From: a virus
Length of the DNA: 64,000 nt
Strand: one strand, 5' to 3'
Virus record (IMG/VR): IMGVR_UViG_3300048919_000123
Span: 1 to 64,000 of that record
In this document: positions 54,613 to 63,685 of the stretch, one piece after another
Layout: each line of letters starts with the position of its first letter
Position numbering within the stretch: the stretch's first letter is position 1
Program-made: the position numbers and the translations under genes
The notes under the pieces: generated by a model
Database searches by the model: none
The model's input: only the letters and a program-made list of their open reading frames with translations
What the model was told of the DNA's origin: nothing

Positions 54613-54930
54613 ATGCCCAAACCAAAACGCATCCTGCCTGACGGCCAAGCCGTTCGGAGCAACCTGATTGCCCGCGACACCCTCTGCGGCGCTGACCTGA
54701 CCGCCCAAGAGCGCAAGGAGTACGACTACCTCGGCGAAGAGCTGGACGGGTCGGTGTTCTTCCGCTTCAAGGGGCAGGTCTACGGGCTGTGCGAGTTTTC
54801 CGCCACCGCGCACGGTGACAACCTGAGCAAGGCAGGCTGGAACGGCTACGCCGCCCAGTCGTTCTTCCATGCCGTGGTGATCAGCGTGAAAAACGTCAAC
54901 CGCGTCATCGTCGGGGAGCTCTTTTCATGA
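54613..54930 (+). CDS. hypothetical protein
   Basis: 105 aa, GGAG RBS. Confidence 0.75.
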   Translation: MPKPKRILPDGQAVRSNLIARDTLCGADLTAQERKEYDYLGEELDGSVFFRFKGQVYGLCEFSATAHGDNLSKAGWNGYAAQSFFHAVVISVKNVNRVIVGELFS

Positions 54931-55217
54931 GCATCATCGACACCATTGAGTACAGCGTTTGCGAAGATTGCCTGCTGCTGATCGCCAACGGCGAGGGGGG
55001 TGAGAACTGTGACGAAGACCACGTCGACAAGGCCATCAAGCGCGAGCTGAACGGTCGCAAGGGTCACTTCGCCGCCGGCGTCGAGCCGACCGAGGATGAT
55101 CCTGAGGGCCAAGGCTACGACGAGTTCAGCTCTCACAACTGCGAGCTGTGCAACACCCACCTGGCCGGCAGCCGGTACGGTGTCACCATGCTCTTGGAGG
55201 GCGCCGAGGATGACTGA
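54927..55217 (+). CDS. hypothetical acidic Zn-finger protein
   Basis: CEDC...CELC. Confidence 0.75.
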   Translation: MSIIDTIEYSVCEDCLLLIANGEGGENCDEDHVDKAIKRELNGRKGHFAAGVEPTEDDPEGQGYDEFSSHNCELCNTHLAGSRYGVTMLLEGAEDD

Positions 55218-55398
55218 CGATAAAGACTCGTTCCACACCTTCGCCTACAAAGGCGGCTTCGTCCACACCTGCTGGAACCGCACCAAACAGTGCGAAGAAG
55301 TGACGGTGCAGCGCTACGAAGGTGACAAGGCCCGTCGGGTGCCGAGCGTCAAAGGTGCCAAGATGCGCATCAGCAAATATAAACCGAAAGAGGATTAG
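55210..55398 (+). CDS. hypothetical protein
   Basis: MTDDKDSF..., GGAGG RBS. Confidence 0.65.
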   Translation: MTDDKDSFHTFAYKGGFVHTCWNRTKQCEEVTVQRYEGDKARRVPSVKGAKMRISKYKPKED

Positions 55399-55402
55399 AA
55401 AC

Positions 55403-55858
55403 ATGAACTTAGCACCGCACTGCAAGCTTCATAACACGACTCAGCCAGGCATCACTGTGCGGCTGAAAGTCGATCACTTCGCCGCCATGACCTACTGCAG
55501 CAACTTGCGGGTGGGCATCTCGGGCGAAGATCCACACACCGAGATCCGCAATCCGGAAAGCGTGCTGGTCGAGCCGGAGATGCTGGGTCATAAGCTGTGG
55601 CTGAACATGACCCACGGCCGCTCCACGCCGAAGGCAGAGATGGAGGATTTCGGCTACAGCGCCGACTCCGTCGAAGGGCATGTCCCGCCGCGCGGTGACG
55701 CGCTTTACTTCTGCGAGGAAGGCGTCAAGGTCATCAACTACCACGCCCACGGCGATGGCTGGGACGAGTTGCTGGTGCCCTACGTCGAGGACATGCTGTT
55801 CTTTGAGGGTCACTACTACGGTGACTGGTCGGCGGATAACGACGGGAAGGTAGCGTGA
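55403..55858 (+). CDS. hypothetical protein
   Basis: MNLAPHC..., C-terminal YYGDW. Confidence 0.75.
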   Translation: MNLAPHCKLHNTTQPGITVRLKVDHFAAMTYCSNLRVGISGEDPHTEIRNPESVLVEPEMLGHKLWLNMTHGRSTPKAEMEDFGYSADSVEGHVPPRGDALYFCEEGVKVINYHAHGDGWDELLVPYVEDMLFFEGHYYGDWSADNDGKVA

Positions 55859-56055
55859 GCACCCTTCGCGAAGCCGCCGAAGCTCTGGCCGCGGAGGTGC
55901 AGAACCTGCGCCGCCGCAACGAACCCCTTCAACCCGTAGAACTCGACCACGCCAAAGAGTTGGCAGATGCGGTGGTCGGGGAAATTTACCCGGAGGAACA
56001 ACCTGATGAGCAAGTTGATGGACAACCTGCGGCTGGGCCGATCGCCGCTCAGTAA
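55855..56055 (+). CDS. hypothetical protein
   Basis: GTGA overlap, 66 aa. Confidence 0.6.
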   Translation: MSTLREAAEALAAEVQNLRRRNEPLQPVELDHAKELADAVVGEIYPEEQPDEQVDGQPAAGPIAAQ

Positions 56056-56272
56056 CCGCGTGATGATCTACCGCATGGGCAAGACCTCTGATGAGGTCGC
56101 GCTGGAGTCGAAAGACTTCACCGCCGATGCGGTAAAGGCGGTGGTCGAGCGCATCGAATCACTGCCCGGTAAGAAGGACGAGTTCATCGCCACCTTCAAG
56201 GGCGTGCGCACCAAATTCACTTTGACGCTGACCATGGAGCCGGTCGAGGAGCAGCCGTGCGTTACTTCGTAA
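56006..56272 (+). CDS. hypothetical protein
   Basis: MSKLMDNL..., GGAGG RBS. Confidence 0.7.
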   Translation: MSKLMDNLRLGRSPLSNRVMIYRMGKTSDEVALESKDFTADAVKAVVERIESLPGKKDEFIATFKGVRTKFTLTLTMEPVEEQPCVTS

Positions 56273-56598
56273 ACGATTACAGCCGACTGGTGCGCACTAC
56301 TGATGACGTGGCCGGCGTGCCGCCCAAACCTTGGCGGGAGGTCACCAGCTCCGGCTATGACCAGTTCCGCCTCAACACCCGGACATTGTTGACAGCGAAG
56401 GAGTTGAGGGTGATCCAGAGCACAGGCGAAGGCAAGGTCACGACCATGAAAGGCCTGAAGCGTGCCGCGACTAAACGCAAGAAGGCCGCGCAGGCGGCCG
56501 GCGAGAAAATGACCCACACCGAGGCGCTGGAAAAAGAGGCTTGGGCAAGGGGTTATCAGGGCTTTGAACATGCTCAAAAGGAGCTGGAAAGTGACTGA
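56257..56598 (+). CDS. hypothetical protein with C-terminal helical motif
   Basis: HTEALEKEAWARGYQGFEHA. Confidence 0.7.
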   Translation: MRYFVNDYSRLVRTTDDVAGVPPKPWREVTSSGYDQFRLNTRTLLTAKELRVIQSTGEGKVTTMKGLKRAATKRKKAAQAAGEKMTHTEALEKEAWARGYQGFEHAQKELESD

Positions 56599-56788
56599 AC
56601 AAGCGCGCTCCCTCGCCCGGGTCAACAAGATCGCCCAGAACCTGCGCCGCGAGGCGCGGGACAAGGGCGAGAAGCTGGCCTTCACCGCCTCACTGGAGCA
56701 GGCAGCCAAGCGCTGCGGCTTCGCCTCCTACAACCACGCAGTCATCGCGCTGCCCACCAAAGATCCATCACCCGTTCCTCGGAGCTGA
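56591..56788 (+). CDS. hypothetical protein with the same helical motif
   Basis: GTG start; FTASLEQAAKRCGFASYNHA. Confidence 0.65.
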   Translation: MTEQARSLARVNKIAQNLRREARDKGEKLAFTASLEQAAKRCGFASYNHAVIALPTKDPSPVPRS

Positions 56789-56789
56789 C

Positions 56790-57146
56790 ATGAACGCCAT
56801 CGCTTCCTGCTACACCAAATCCAAGCAGCCTGAGCCGCTGAGCCAGCTGAACTGCAGCCGCGGCGCCCCAATGGGCCGGCGCAACATCACGGACGCCGAC
56901 CGTGAGCACTTCCACGGCACCATGCACCTGACGCTGGTGCCGATGATCGACGGTGACTACGACCGGGGCGGGGCCTACTGGGGCGCGGCCACGCCGAAGA
57001 CCGGCTGGTTGTACCGAGCTTGGTATTACGGCCAGGACGAAGACGGTGACCTGGTGCACATCGAGATGTTTGTCCGGGGCGTAACGCGCCGAGCGGCAAA
57101 GCTCAAGGTGCTGGAAGAATTCCCGAAAGCGAGGTTCTACAAATGA
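56790..57146 (+). CDS. hypothetical protein
   Basis: GAPMGR...DGDYDRGGAYWG. Confidence 0.8.
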   Translation: MNAIASCYTKSKQPEPLSQLNCSRGAPMGRRNITDADREHFHGTMHLTLVPMIDGDYDRGGAYWGAATPKTGWLYRAWYYGQDEDGDLVHIEMFVRGVTRRAAKLKVLEEFPKARFYK

Positions 57147-57457
57147 CCAGCACCCAAGAACGCCTGGAGGAGATCCGCGCCGAAGCGGTAGGTCTGCTCC
57201 ACGAATCTCACGTCGCCCAGCTCAAGGCGCTGAATGAGCTGCTTGCTGAAAATGCCTGCGCCGTCCTGCAGGAAGACAGCAAGACCAACGGCCCAATGTC
57301 CACCCCGAAGAACCTTGTGACGGCGCTGCACATCCGTCAAGCATGGCAGTGGGGCCCTCCGGGTGCTCGGATCGAACTGACCCTCTCACGTACAGCCGGA
57401 ACCCTGTCACAGCGTGCCCGCCGAGCAATCGAGTTTTTCCGCCGGAGGCTGACATGA
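57143..57457 (+). CDS. hypothetical protein
   Basis: ATGA overlap, 104 aa. Confidence 0.65.
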   Translation: MTSTQERLEEIRAEAVGLLHESHVAQLKALNELLAENACAVLQEDSKTNGPMSTPKNLVTALHIRQAWQWGPPGARIELTLSRTAGTLSQRARRAIEFFRRRLT

Positions 57458-57663
57458 AGATCGAAAAGGCACTGACGTTGAAGGTGGGCGACACCGTCTA
57501 CTGCCCCGCGGATCGCGGCGACCCTCCTTTCAGCGGAAAGGTCACGCACAACTGCAACGGCACCAAGACCATTTCCAAGAACCTCGACGGCGTCGAATAC
57601 ATCTGGGTCGAAGTGCAGGGGCCTGGCAAGAAATCGATGTGGCCGTCCAACCGACTGGGGTGA
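57454..57663 (+). CDS. hypothetical SH3-like protein
   Basis: MKIEKALTLKVGDTV..., GGAGG RBS. Confidence 0.7.
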   Translation: MKIEKALTLKVGDTVYCPADRGDPPFSGKVTHNCNGTKTISKNLDGVEYIWVEVQGPGKKSMWPSNRLG

Positions 57664-57666
57664 AGC

Positions 57667-57867
57667 ATGACAGTGCATATCGGCATCAACGTCCACACCA
57701 ACGGCAACGCTGCCTTTGAAGACGCCCCGGCGACGGAGATGGGTCGAATCCTCCGCGAGGTCGCCAAGCGCCTGGAGGATGGCGACTTCCCGGACGGTGA
57801 AGTCCCGCTGCGCGACGTCAACGGCAATAAGTGCGGATCGTTCTACTTCCACGACGACGGCGAATAG
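57667..57867 (+). CDS. hypothetical protein
   Basis: NAAF...E.GRILR...LRDVNGNKCG. Confidence 0.75.
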   Translation: MTVHIGINVHTNGNAAFEDAPATEMGRILREVAKRLEDGDFPDGEVPLRDVNGNKCGSFYFHDDGE

Positions 57868-57878
57868 CCCAAATCTGA

Positions 57879-57909
57879 TTGACAACCCAACCGCTTAGCG
57901 TGGGATACT
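57879..57909 (+). promoter_or_regulatory. sigma70-like promoter with extended -10
   Basis: TTGACA (57879) and TG-G-GATACT (-10 at 57904); spacing of 19 bp is long. Confidence 0.5.
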
Positions 57910-57956
57910 TCGCCAATTGGCGAGGTATCTGCGTGCCTTTAACACAGAGGTGCAGC

Positions 57957-58307
57957 ATGATCAACAACCAATTCAAGTCGGACAAGGCGGATCGCGTCGG
58001 CCTGATTGCAGCCATGATGATCAGCAACGAACTGGAAGACCGGATGCCGGAAGGCGAGATCAGCCGGCTCCCTCCGTCCGACCACGGGGAGATCTTCACG
58101 GCGGCCTGCAAAGCCCTGAAGTTTGTCGCCAAGATGCACCGCGAACACCCCACTCAGTGGGATGGTGTGGTCTGGTTCGAGTTGTTCAGCAAACCCGAGA
58201 AGGGTTCGCTCGCTGACCGGTTGGTGGAAATGCTGGTTTCAGACATGCCCACCAACGAGAACGTAAGGCTGGTAGTCATTGATTGGCTCGAGGCTGTTGG
58301 ACTTTAA
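57957..58307 (+). CDS. hypothetical protein
   Basis: MINNQF..., GAGG RBS. Confidence 0.75.
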   Translation: MINNQFKSDKADRVGLIAAMMISNELEDRMPEGEISRLPPSDHGEIFTAACKALKFVAKMHREHPTQWDGVVWFELFSKPEKGSLADRLVEMLVSDMPTNENVRLVVIDWLEAVGL

Positions 58308-58346
58308 CCACGACAAGGACGCCCAGTGGCGTCTCAAGGATATACG

Positions 58347-60458
58347 ATGCGAGACATCAACAGTTACCCGATCCCCGTCGGGTATCGCTGGATCAATGGC
58401 AAAGTCGTCGACAACTTTGCAGGCGGCGGTGGAGCTTCCACCGGCATCGCCCAGGCCAATGGCCGCTCCCCCGACATCGCCGTGAATCACAACGCCGAAG
58501 CGCTGATGATGCACGAGCAGAACCACCCCGAGACCAAGCACTACAACGAGTCGGTCTGGGACATCGATATCCTCGCAGCGTTGAATGGCCAGCCAGCCCT
58601 GATGGGCTGGTTCTCGCCGGACTGCACCCACTTTTCGGTCGCCAAGGGCGGCAAGCCGGTGAAGAAAGCCATTCGCGGCCTGGCCTGGATCGTGAAGAAG
58701 TGGATCGGCCAGTCGGACATGGCCATGCTCTTCATGGAGAACGTGAAGGAGTTCATGACCTGGGGCCCACTGATCGCCAAGCGCTGCAAGAGCACCGGCC
58801 GCGTGATCAAGCTGGTCGCCGACCCGGTGAAGAAGGACAAGGACGGCAACCCGGTGATGAACGAAGTCGTCAGCGAGCCTGGCGAACAGGTCGCTTACTG
58901 GGATCAGGCGCTGGTGCCGGACAAGAAGCGATCCGGCAGCATCTTCAAGCAGTTCATCAAGCAGCTGCGCGCCGCCGGCTACACCGTGGAGTGGAAGGAG
59001 AAGGGTCTCAACGCCTGCGACTACGGTGACCCGACTACCCGAAACCGCTTCTTCCTGATGGCCCGCAAGGATGGGCTGCCGATCATCTGGCCGGAGCCGA
59101 CCCACGCTGACAAGAAGTACCTGCGTGCCAACCCGGGCAAGCTGCAGCCGTGGAAGACCGCAGGCGAGAACCTCGACTTCAGCCTGCCCTGCCCGTCGAT
59201 CTTCGGCCGCAAGAAACCGCTGGCCGAGAAGACCCTGGCACGCATCTTCAAAGGCATCGAGAAGTTCGTGATCGGCGCCGGCGATGAGGCGTTTCTCGTG
59301 AAGACGAACCACGCCTACGACCAGTTCCGCGGCCAGTCGCTGGACGAACCGCTGCAGACCCTGACCAGCAAGCTGGGCACCGGGCTGACGGCGGTCACGC
59401 TTAGCAAGTTCAACCAGAACAGCATCGGCCAGTCGGTGGACATGCCGATCGACACCGTCATGGCTGGCGCAACCCGCTTTGCCTTGGTGGAAGCCGAGCT
59501 GCAGTCAGCCGCCGCTATCATGAAGTTCCGCGGTGACTCCGGCGGCGCCAGCTGCAACATGCCACTGCCGGTGATCACCGCCGGTGGCGGCGCGGCGCGG
59601 CCGGCAGGCGCACCCCATGCCCTCGGCGTTCTGCAGGCGCAGCTGGAGCCGTTGATGCAGGCAGGCTGCATCACCACCATCGACCACCAGAGCACCGGCG
59701 ATACCTCGAAAGGTTACGACGAGCCACTGTCGGTCGTGACCAGTAAGGCCCGGCACATTCAAGTCGCCGCGCTGCTCAAGCATTACACCGGCGTGGTCGG
59801 CCAGCACCTGGACAAGCCGCTGCCAACGATCACATCCAAGGATCACAACTCGGTCATGGAAGCCACGCTGGCAGCCGTTGACCCGGTGCACGATCTGGAA
59901 GATGCACTCGACGTAGCGCACATCCAGCGCGACTTCGGCAACAGCGTCGGCCACGGCGCCGATGAACCACTGGGCGCAATCACCGCAGGTGGCGGCGGCA
60001 AGTCGGCGCTGGTGGCCAGCAGCCTGGTGAAACTCAAAGGCACCTGCAACCACGGTCAGTCGCTCGACAGGCCACTGGATGCGATCGCTGCACAGGGCAA
60101 CCACTTCGCAGCGGTTCAGGCCTTCCTGATCAAGTTCTACGGCACAGGCGGCGCGGTCAGCTGCGACGAGCCGCTGGACACCATCACCGCCAAGGCGCGC
60201 TTCGGCATCGTCACCATCCACGGGCAGGACTACCAGATTGTCGACATCGGCATGCGAATGCTGGAGCCGCACGAGCTGTATCGCTGCCAGGGTTTCCCGG
60301 CCGATTACGAGCATGAAGTGGTGATGGGCAAGAAACTGCCGAAGCATGCGCAGGTGCGCATGGTTGGCAACTCGGTGCCGCCGGGGCTGGCCCGGGCACT
60401 GGTAGCAGCAAACATCCCGCGCTGGGCGCTGGGCAATCAAATGCAGGAGAGTGCGTGA
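58347..60458 (+). CDS. C5-cytosine DNA methyltransferase
   Basis: Motif I FAGGGG, IV SPDC, VI MENV, VIII RNRFF, IX RMLEPHELYRCQGFP, X GNSVPP. Confidence 0.92.
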   Translation: MRDINSYPIPVGYRWINGKVVDNFAGGGGASTGIAQANGRSPDIAVNHNAEALMMHEQNHPETKHYNESVWDIDILAALNGQPALMGWFSPDCTHFSVAKGGKPVKKAIRGLAWIVKKWIGQSDMAMLFMENVKEFMTWGPLIAKRCKSTGRVIKLVADPVKKDKDGNPVMNEVVSEPGEQVAYWDQALVPDKKRSGSIFKQFIKQLRAAGYTVEWKEKGLNACDYGDPTTRNRFFLMARKDGLPIIWPEPTHADKKYLRANPGKLQPWKTAGENLDFSLPCPSIFGRKKPLAEKTLARIFKGIEKFVIGAGDEAFLVKTNHAYDQFRGQSLDEPLQTLTSKLGTGLTAVTLSKFNQNSIGQSVDMPIDTVMAGATRFALVEAELQSAAAIMKFRGDSGGASCNMPLPVITAGGGAARPAGAPHALGVLQAQLEPLMQAGCITTIDHQSTGDTSKGYDEPLSVVTSKARHIQVAALLKHYTGVVGQHLDKPLPTITSKDHNSVMEATLAAVDPVHDLEDALDVAHIQRDFGNSVGHGADEPLGAITAGGGGKSALVASSLVKLKGTCNHGQSLDRPLDAIAAQGNHFAAVQAFLIKFYGTGGAVSCDEPLDTITAKARFGIVTIHGQDYQIVDIGMRMLEPHELYRCQGFPADYEHEVVMGKKLPKHAQVRMVGNSVPPGLARALVAANIPRWALGNQMQESA

Positions 60459-60937
60459 TGGCTGATTTTTGCAGGAAGTGCACGGAAGACTTGTTCGGCG
60501 CAGAAGCCGCCGAAAATAACGACATGGCTGGCCTGACCTCGCACGAGAGCTGGGACAAGGGGCTGGCTGCATCGGTGCTGTGTGAAAGCTGTGGGCCGAT
60601 TCAGGTCGACCCCCATGGCAACTGCGCCAGCAATTGCAGCCTGGGGGATCTGCCGGGCCACAACGTGGCCTGGAAGGCGGTGGCGGAGCCGATCTGCCCG
60701 CCGGAAGCGGCGGGCATGCAGCACCTGACCTACAGCCTGACCTTCACCGGCAAGATCAACATCGAAGGCATGAACCCGGAGGCAGCCAAGGCTGCCCTCG
60801 AGGATCACCTGGCTCGCTTCGCCAATCAGCACACGGCGGAAGGCAGCGGCGGGCCGATGGATGCCGAAGGCGCGGTGTTCGTGGGCTTTGAAATGAGCGT
60901 GGTGGTGAAAGGCGGTGACGCATGCGATTCCGTGTAA
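60455..60937 (+). CDS. hypothetical Cys-rich protein
   Basis: MADFCRKC...LCESCG...GNC. Confidence 0.75.
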   Translation: MMADFCRKCTEDLFGAEAAENNDMAGLTSHESWDKGLAASVLCESCGPIQVDPHGNCASNCSLGDLPGHNVAWKAVAEPICPPEAAGMQHLTYSLTFTGKINIEGMNPEAAKAALEDHLARFANQHTAEGSGGPMDAEGAVFVGFEMSVVVKGGDACDSV

Positions 60938-61359
60938 CCGCCAACAACACCAACGGCAACCTGCCCCGCCATGAAGAGTGGTTCGACACAGAAGAGCGGG
61001 CCAAGCGACACGGGGACTGGTGGCATGGCCAGTCCTCCCTTTGCAACGTCGAAGTCGACGAGCCGCTGGGCGTGCTGCTGACCTTCTCCAACGGCTCCAC
61101 GCAGTTCGAGGTGGCGCCGGACATGCCGACCGCCATTGCCGTGCGTGACAGCTGGCAAGGAGTGGTCAACAACCGAAAGATCAACCGCAGCACGGTGCGC
61201 AAGGTCGAGATCTGCGGCGTGCGGCAGAAGACGGCCGTGGCGACCGCCGAAGACCAGCTGGTCGGCGCCTGGATGGCTGCAGCGCTCGACGACCACATGG
61301 TCTGCCCGAGCATGAAGTACGACATCAATCGCTGGATAGACAGTAAGGAATGGGTATGA
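60922..61359 (+). CDS. hypothetical protein
   Basis: 145-aa ORF in the operon. Confidence 0.7.
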   Translation: MRFRVTANNTNGNLPRHEEWFDTEERAKRHGDWWHGQSSLCNVEVDEPLGVLLTFSNGSTQFEVAPDMPTAIAVRDSWQGVVNNRKINRSTVRKVEICGVRQKTAVATAEDQLVGAWMAAALDDHMVCPSMKYDINRWIDSKEWV

Positions 61360-62030
61360 AATCGAAAAGCGTTGTGCAGATCCGTGCCATGGGCGGCGGC
61401 ATGATGGACGTGCCGTGCTACCACCAGTGGTCGCTGGACGTCGGCGGCACCAAGTTCAACTTTGCCCTGCACCCCAAGGCAGGCACCATCAAAGGCCTGC
61501 AGCGACCGCTGGCGATCAGCGAATGTGGCACCGGGTTCGACGTCAAGGCTGTGCTGCTGCACCCCAACAGCCGCAACCCGCTGACCGAGAACTCGGTGAA
61601 GAACATGACCAGCGACCAGGTCAAGCGCCTGGCCCGGGCAGCGCTGCACCGGCTGATCTTCAAACAGGTCGGCCCGATGAACTTCCTGCAGGCGATGATC
61701 ACCGCGCAGATGCGGGTGTCCGGTCTGACGATGGACATCAGCAAGATCGAGAGCCAGCTGGCTGAGCTGGAAGCGGGAGCAGCTGCCACGCCTGATGAGT
61801 ATGTACCGACCCCGGAAGAAGTCTCGCAGGCGCTGGCCGACGCTGACGAGATGAACAAGAACATGCGCACTTACGGGACGATTGACGCCCCGAAGGTCGT
61901 TGAAGGCAGCGCCGAGCCTTGCGCAGCCTGCGGTGGCAGCCGAGTGCTGACGACCACCGACAAGGATCACGAAGGCCAATCCCTCGAAATCGAATGCACG
62001 GAGTGTGAACCATGCTCGACCACGAAATGA
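61356..62030 (+). CDS. hypothetical protein with C-terminal Zn-finger
   Basis: CAACGG...CTEC; ATGA overlap. Confidence 0.75.
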   Translation: MKSKSVVQIRAMGGGMMDVPCYHQWSLDVGGTKFNFALHPKAGTIKGLQRPLAISECGTGFDVKAVLLHPNSRNPLTENSVKNMTSDQVKRLARAALHRLIFKQVGPMNFLQAMITAQMRVSGLTMDISKIESQLAELEAGAAATPDEYVPTPEEVSQALADADEMNKNMRTYGTIDAPKVVEGSAEPCAACGGSRVLTTTDKDHEGQSLEIECTECEPCSTTK

Positions 62031-62377
62031 TCTTCAAGGGTCAGGTACTCAGCCAGGCACAGATCGACGTGCTGGCCAAGCTGCCGACCGACATCACCAA
62101 CCTGTCCTCGAAGAACTTCCGCAAGGCCATCGACATCGCGCTGACCAAGGCCGGGATGCCGGTGCCGGACATCCAGATCGGCCAGGTCGTGAGCTGGCGT
62201 GTCGGCACCGGCACCGACAAGGGCAAGGTCATCAGCTACGACGAGCGCGCCGACAAGTACCGCGTTTTCTCCAAAAACAAGAAGCGCGAGTTCACCGTCC
62301 GTGGCAATGACATCCGGGTGAGTCTGGGAAAGGAGACTGCTGATGCTGACTCTGCAGAACCACAAGAAAATCCATGA
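62012..62377 (+). CDS. hypothetical protein
   Basis: 121 aa, GGAG RBS. Confidence 0.7.
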   Translation: MLDHEMIFKGQVLSQAQIDVLAKLPTDITNLSSKNFRKAIDIALTKAGMPVPDIQIGQVVSWRVGTGTDKGKVISYDERADKYRVFSKNKKREFTVRGNDIRVSLGKETADADSAEPQENP

Positions 62378-62636
62378 CCTGCTCTGCGACTGGGATCAGC
62401 TGGCGAAGCTGTACGAAACCATCCAGACCGGAAACAACCTTACCGTGCAGGTGAACGGCTGCTACCGGGATGAGTTCCGTGCGGGTGCGGTCAAGGAAGC
62501 CAAACGGGTTCTGAAGGAAAAGTCTCAGGTGATGCTTGAGCAGCTGAAGAATCTGGGATTCGACACAAGCACGCTGGAACCTCTGCGAGAGGTAGTCCGG
62601 CCGGAGGATATGGCCAATGAACCAGCCAAGAGTTGA
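62343..62636 (+). CDS. hypothetical protein
   Basis: AAGGAG RBS, 97 aa. Confidence 0.7.
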   Translation: MLTLQNHKKIHDLLCDWDQLAKLYETIQTGNNLTVQVNGCYRDEFRAGAVKEAKRVLKEKSQVMLEQLKNLGFDTSTLEPLREVVRPEDMANEPAKS

Positions 62637-63210
62637 CCGCATGACGCTGCACTTTCGCAGCGGGCCTGACCGGCGCACCCCGAAGGCCGGCGACGAGAAA
62701 TATGTCGCCGGCGTGCTCAAGGTGCGCCAGCAGAGCAAGGCGTTCGGCTACTCCATGGTCAGCAACGGCCGGCCGGTGTGGGAGTGGGTTGACTGGGGCA
62801 GCGAGCGTGACCGCTGCCGCAACCAAGGCCGCTACCGCACGATGCGCCACGGCATACCCGTGCCGCCTCCGCCCGACGGCTGGAAGATCCTCGAAGCAGG
62901 TCAGGTGGTGCCCAAAGAACACATGGTGTTCAAGCAGGAGTTCGGAGCCGCTGGCGAAGTCGGCTGGTTTGGGGCATCAAACTGGGCCGGGCGGGAGGCT
63001 GAGGTCGGTAGCGTCCACCGGGCCTACGCCGTTCGCAAGTCAGACATCGAGCTGACTCGTGATCTGTTTGAAAAACAATGCGCCTGCATCTCCGAAGGAC
63101 ACATGGCCAAGCAGCCAGTGAGTGTTTCGGCAGCGACGGCAGTGAAGAAATATTTGGCACGCTGTAAGTGCCCTACTCGCCACGAGGTGGAATCACATGC
63201 TACAGATTGA
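62617..63210 (+). CDS. hypothetical protein
   Basis: GGAGG RBS, 197 aa. Confidence 0.7.
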   Translation: MNQPRVDRMTLHFRSGPDRRTPKAGDEKYVAGVLKVRQQSKAFGYSMVSNGRPVWEWVDWGSERDRCRNQGRYRTMRHGIPVPPPPDGWKILEAGQVVPKEHMVFKQEFGAAGEVGWFGASNWAGREAEVGSVHRAYAVRKSDIELTRDLFEKQCACISEGHMAKQPVSVSAATAVKKYLARCKCPTRHEVESHATD

Positions 63211-63676
63211 CCAGATAAAAGCCCTGCTCGCCGAAGGCCTGCGCATCTACCGCGGCACCCCCAAGGGCCGGGATTACCGAACGGTGTGGATGAACGAGGG
63301 CTGCTACTACGTTGATGGCCAGCGGCGCTTGGCTCACGCCCACCCTTCTGACGAAGCAGGCGAGGACTGGCGCCAGGTTGAGATGCCTGACTTCAACCCG
63401 GCGGACTACAAGCTGCACGCCGACAACCACCACTACGGTGGCCACTTCCACAAAATCCTGTGCTGGGACTTCGAGGAGCCTGTGGTCACCAAGGTGGTGA
63501 AGTTCATCAACCCTCGGCCACCCCGCGCTGGCTACCACAGCCTGAACCACTACGTCGTCTTTGAATCGGCCGAGCCGCTGACCGATGAAGATGCCTGCGA
63601 ACGCGCCATCGACCTGGTGCTGGCCCTCGGCGCCGGCTTCGATGAAACGAACGCTCAACCTGCTCTCGTTATCTGA
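63197..63676 (+). CDS. hypothetical protein
   Basis: GAGG RBS, 159 aa. Confidence 0.7.
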   Translation: MLQIDQIKALLAEGLRIYRGTPKGRDYRTVWMNEGCYYVDGQRRLAHAHPSDEAGEDWRQVEMPDFNPADYKLHADNHHYGGHFHKILCWDFEEPVVTKVVKFINPRPPRAGYHSLNHYVVFESAEPLTDEDACERAIDLVLALGAGFDETNAQPALVI

Positions 63677-63685
63677 GGTGAAACC

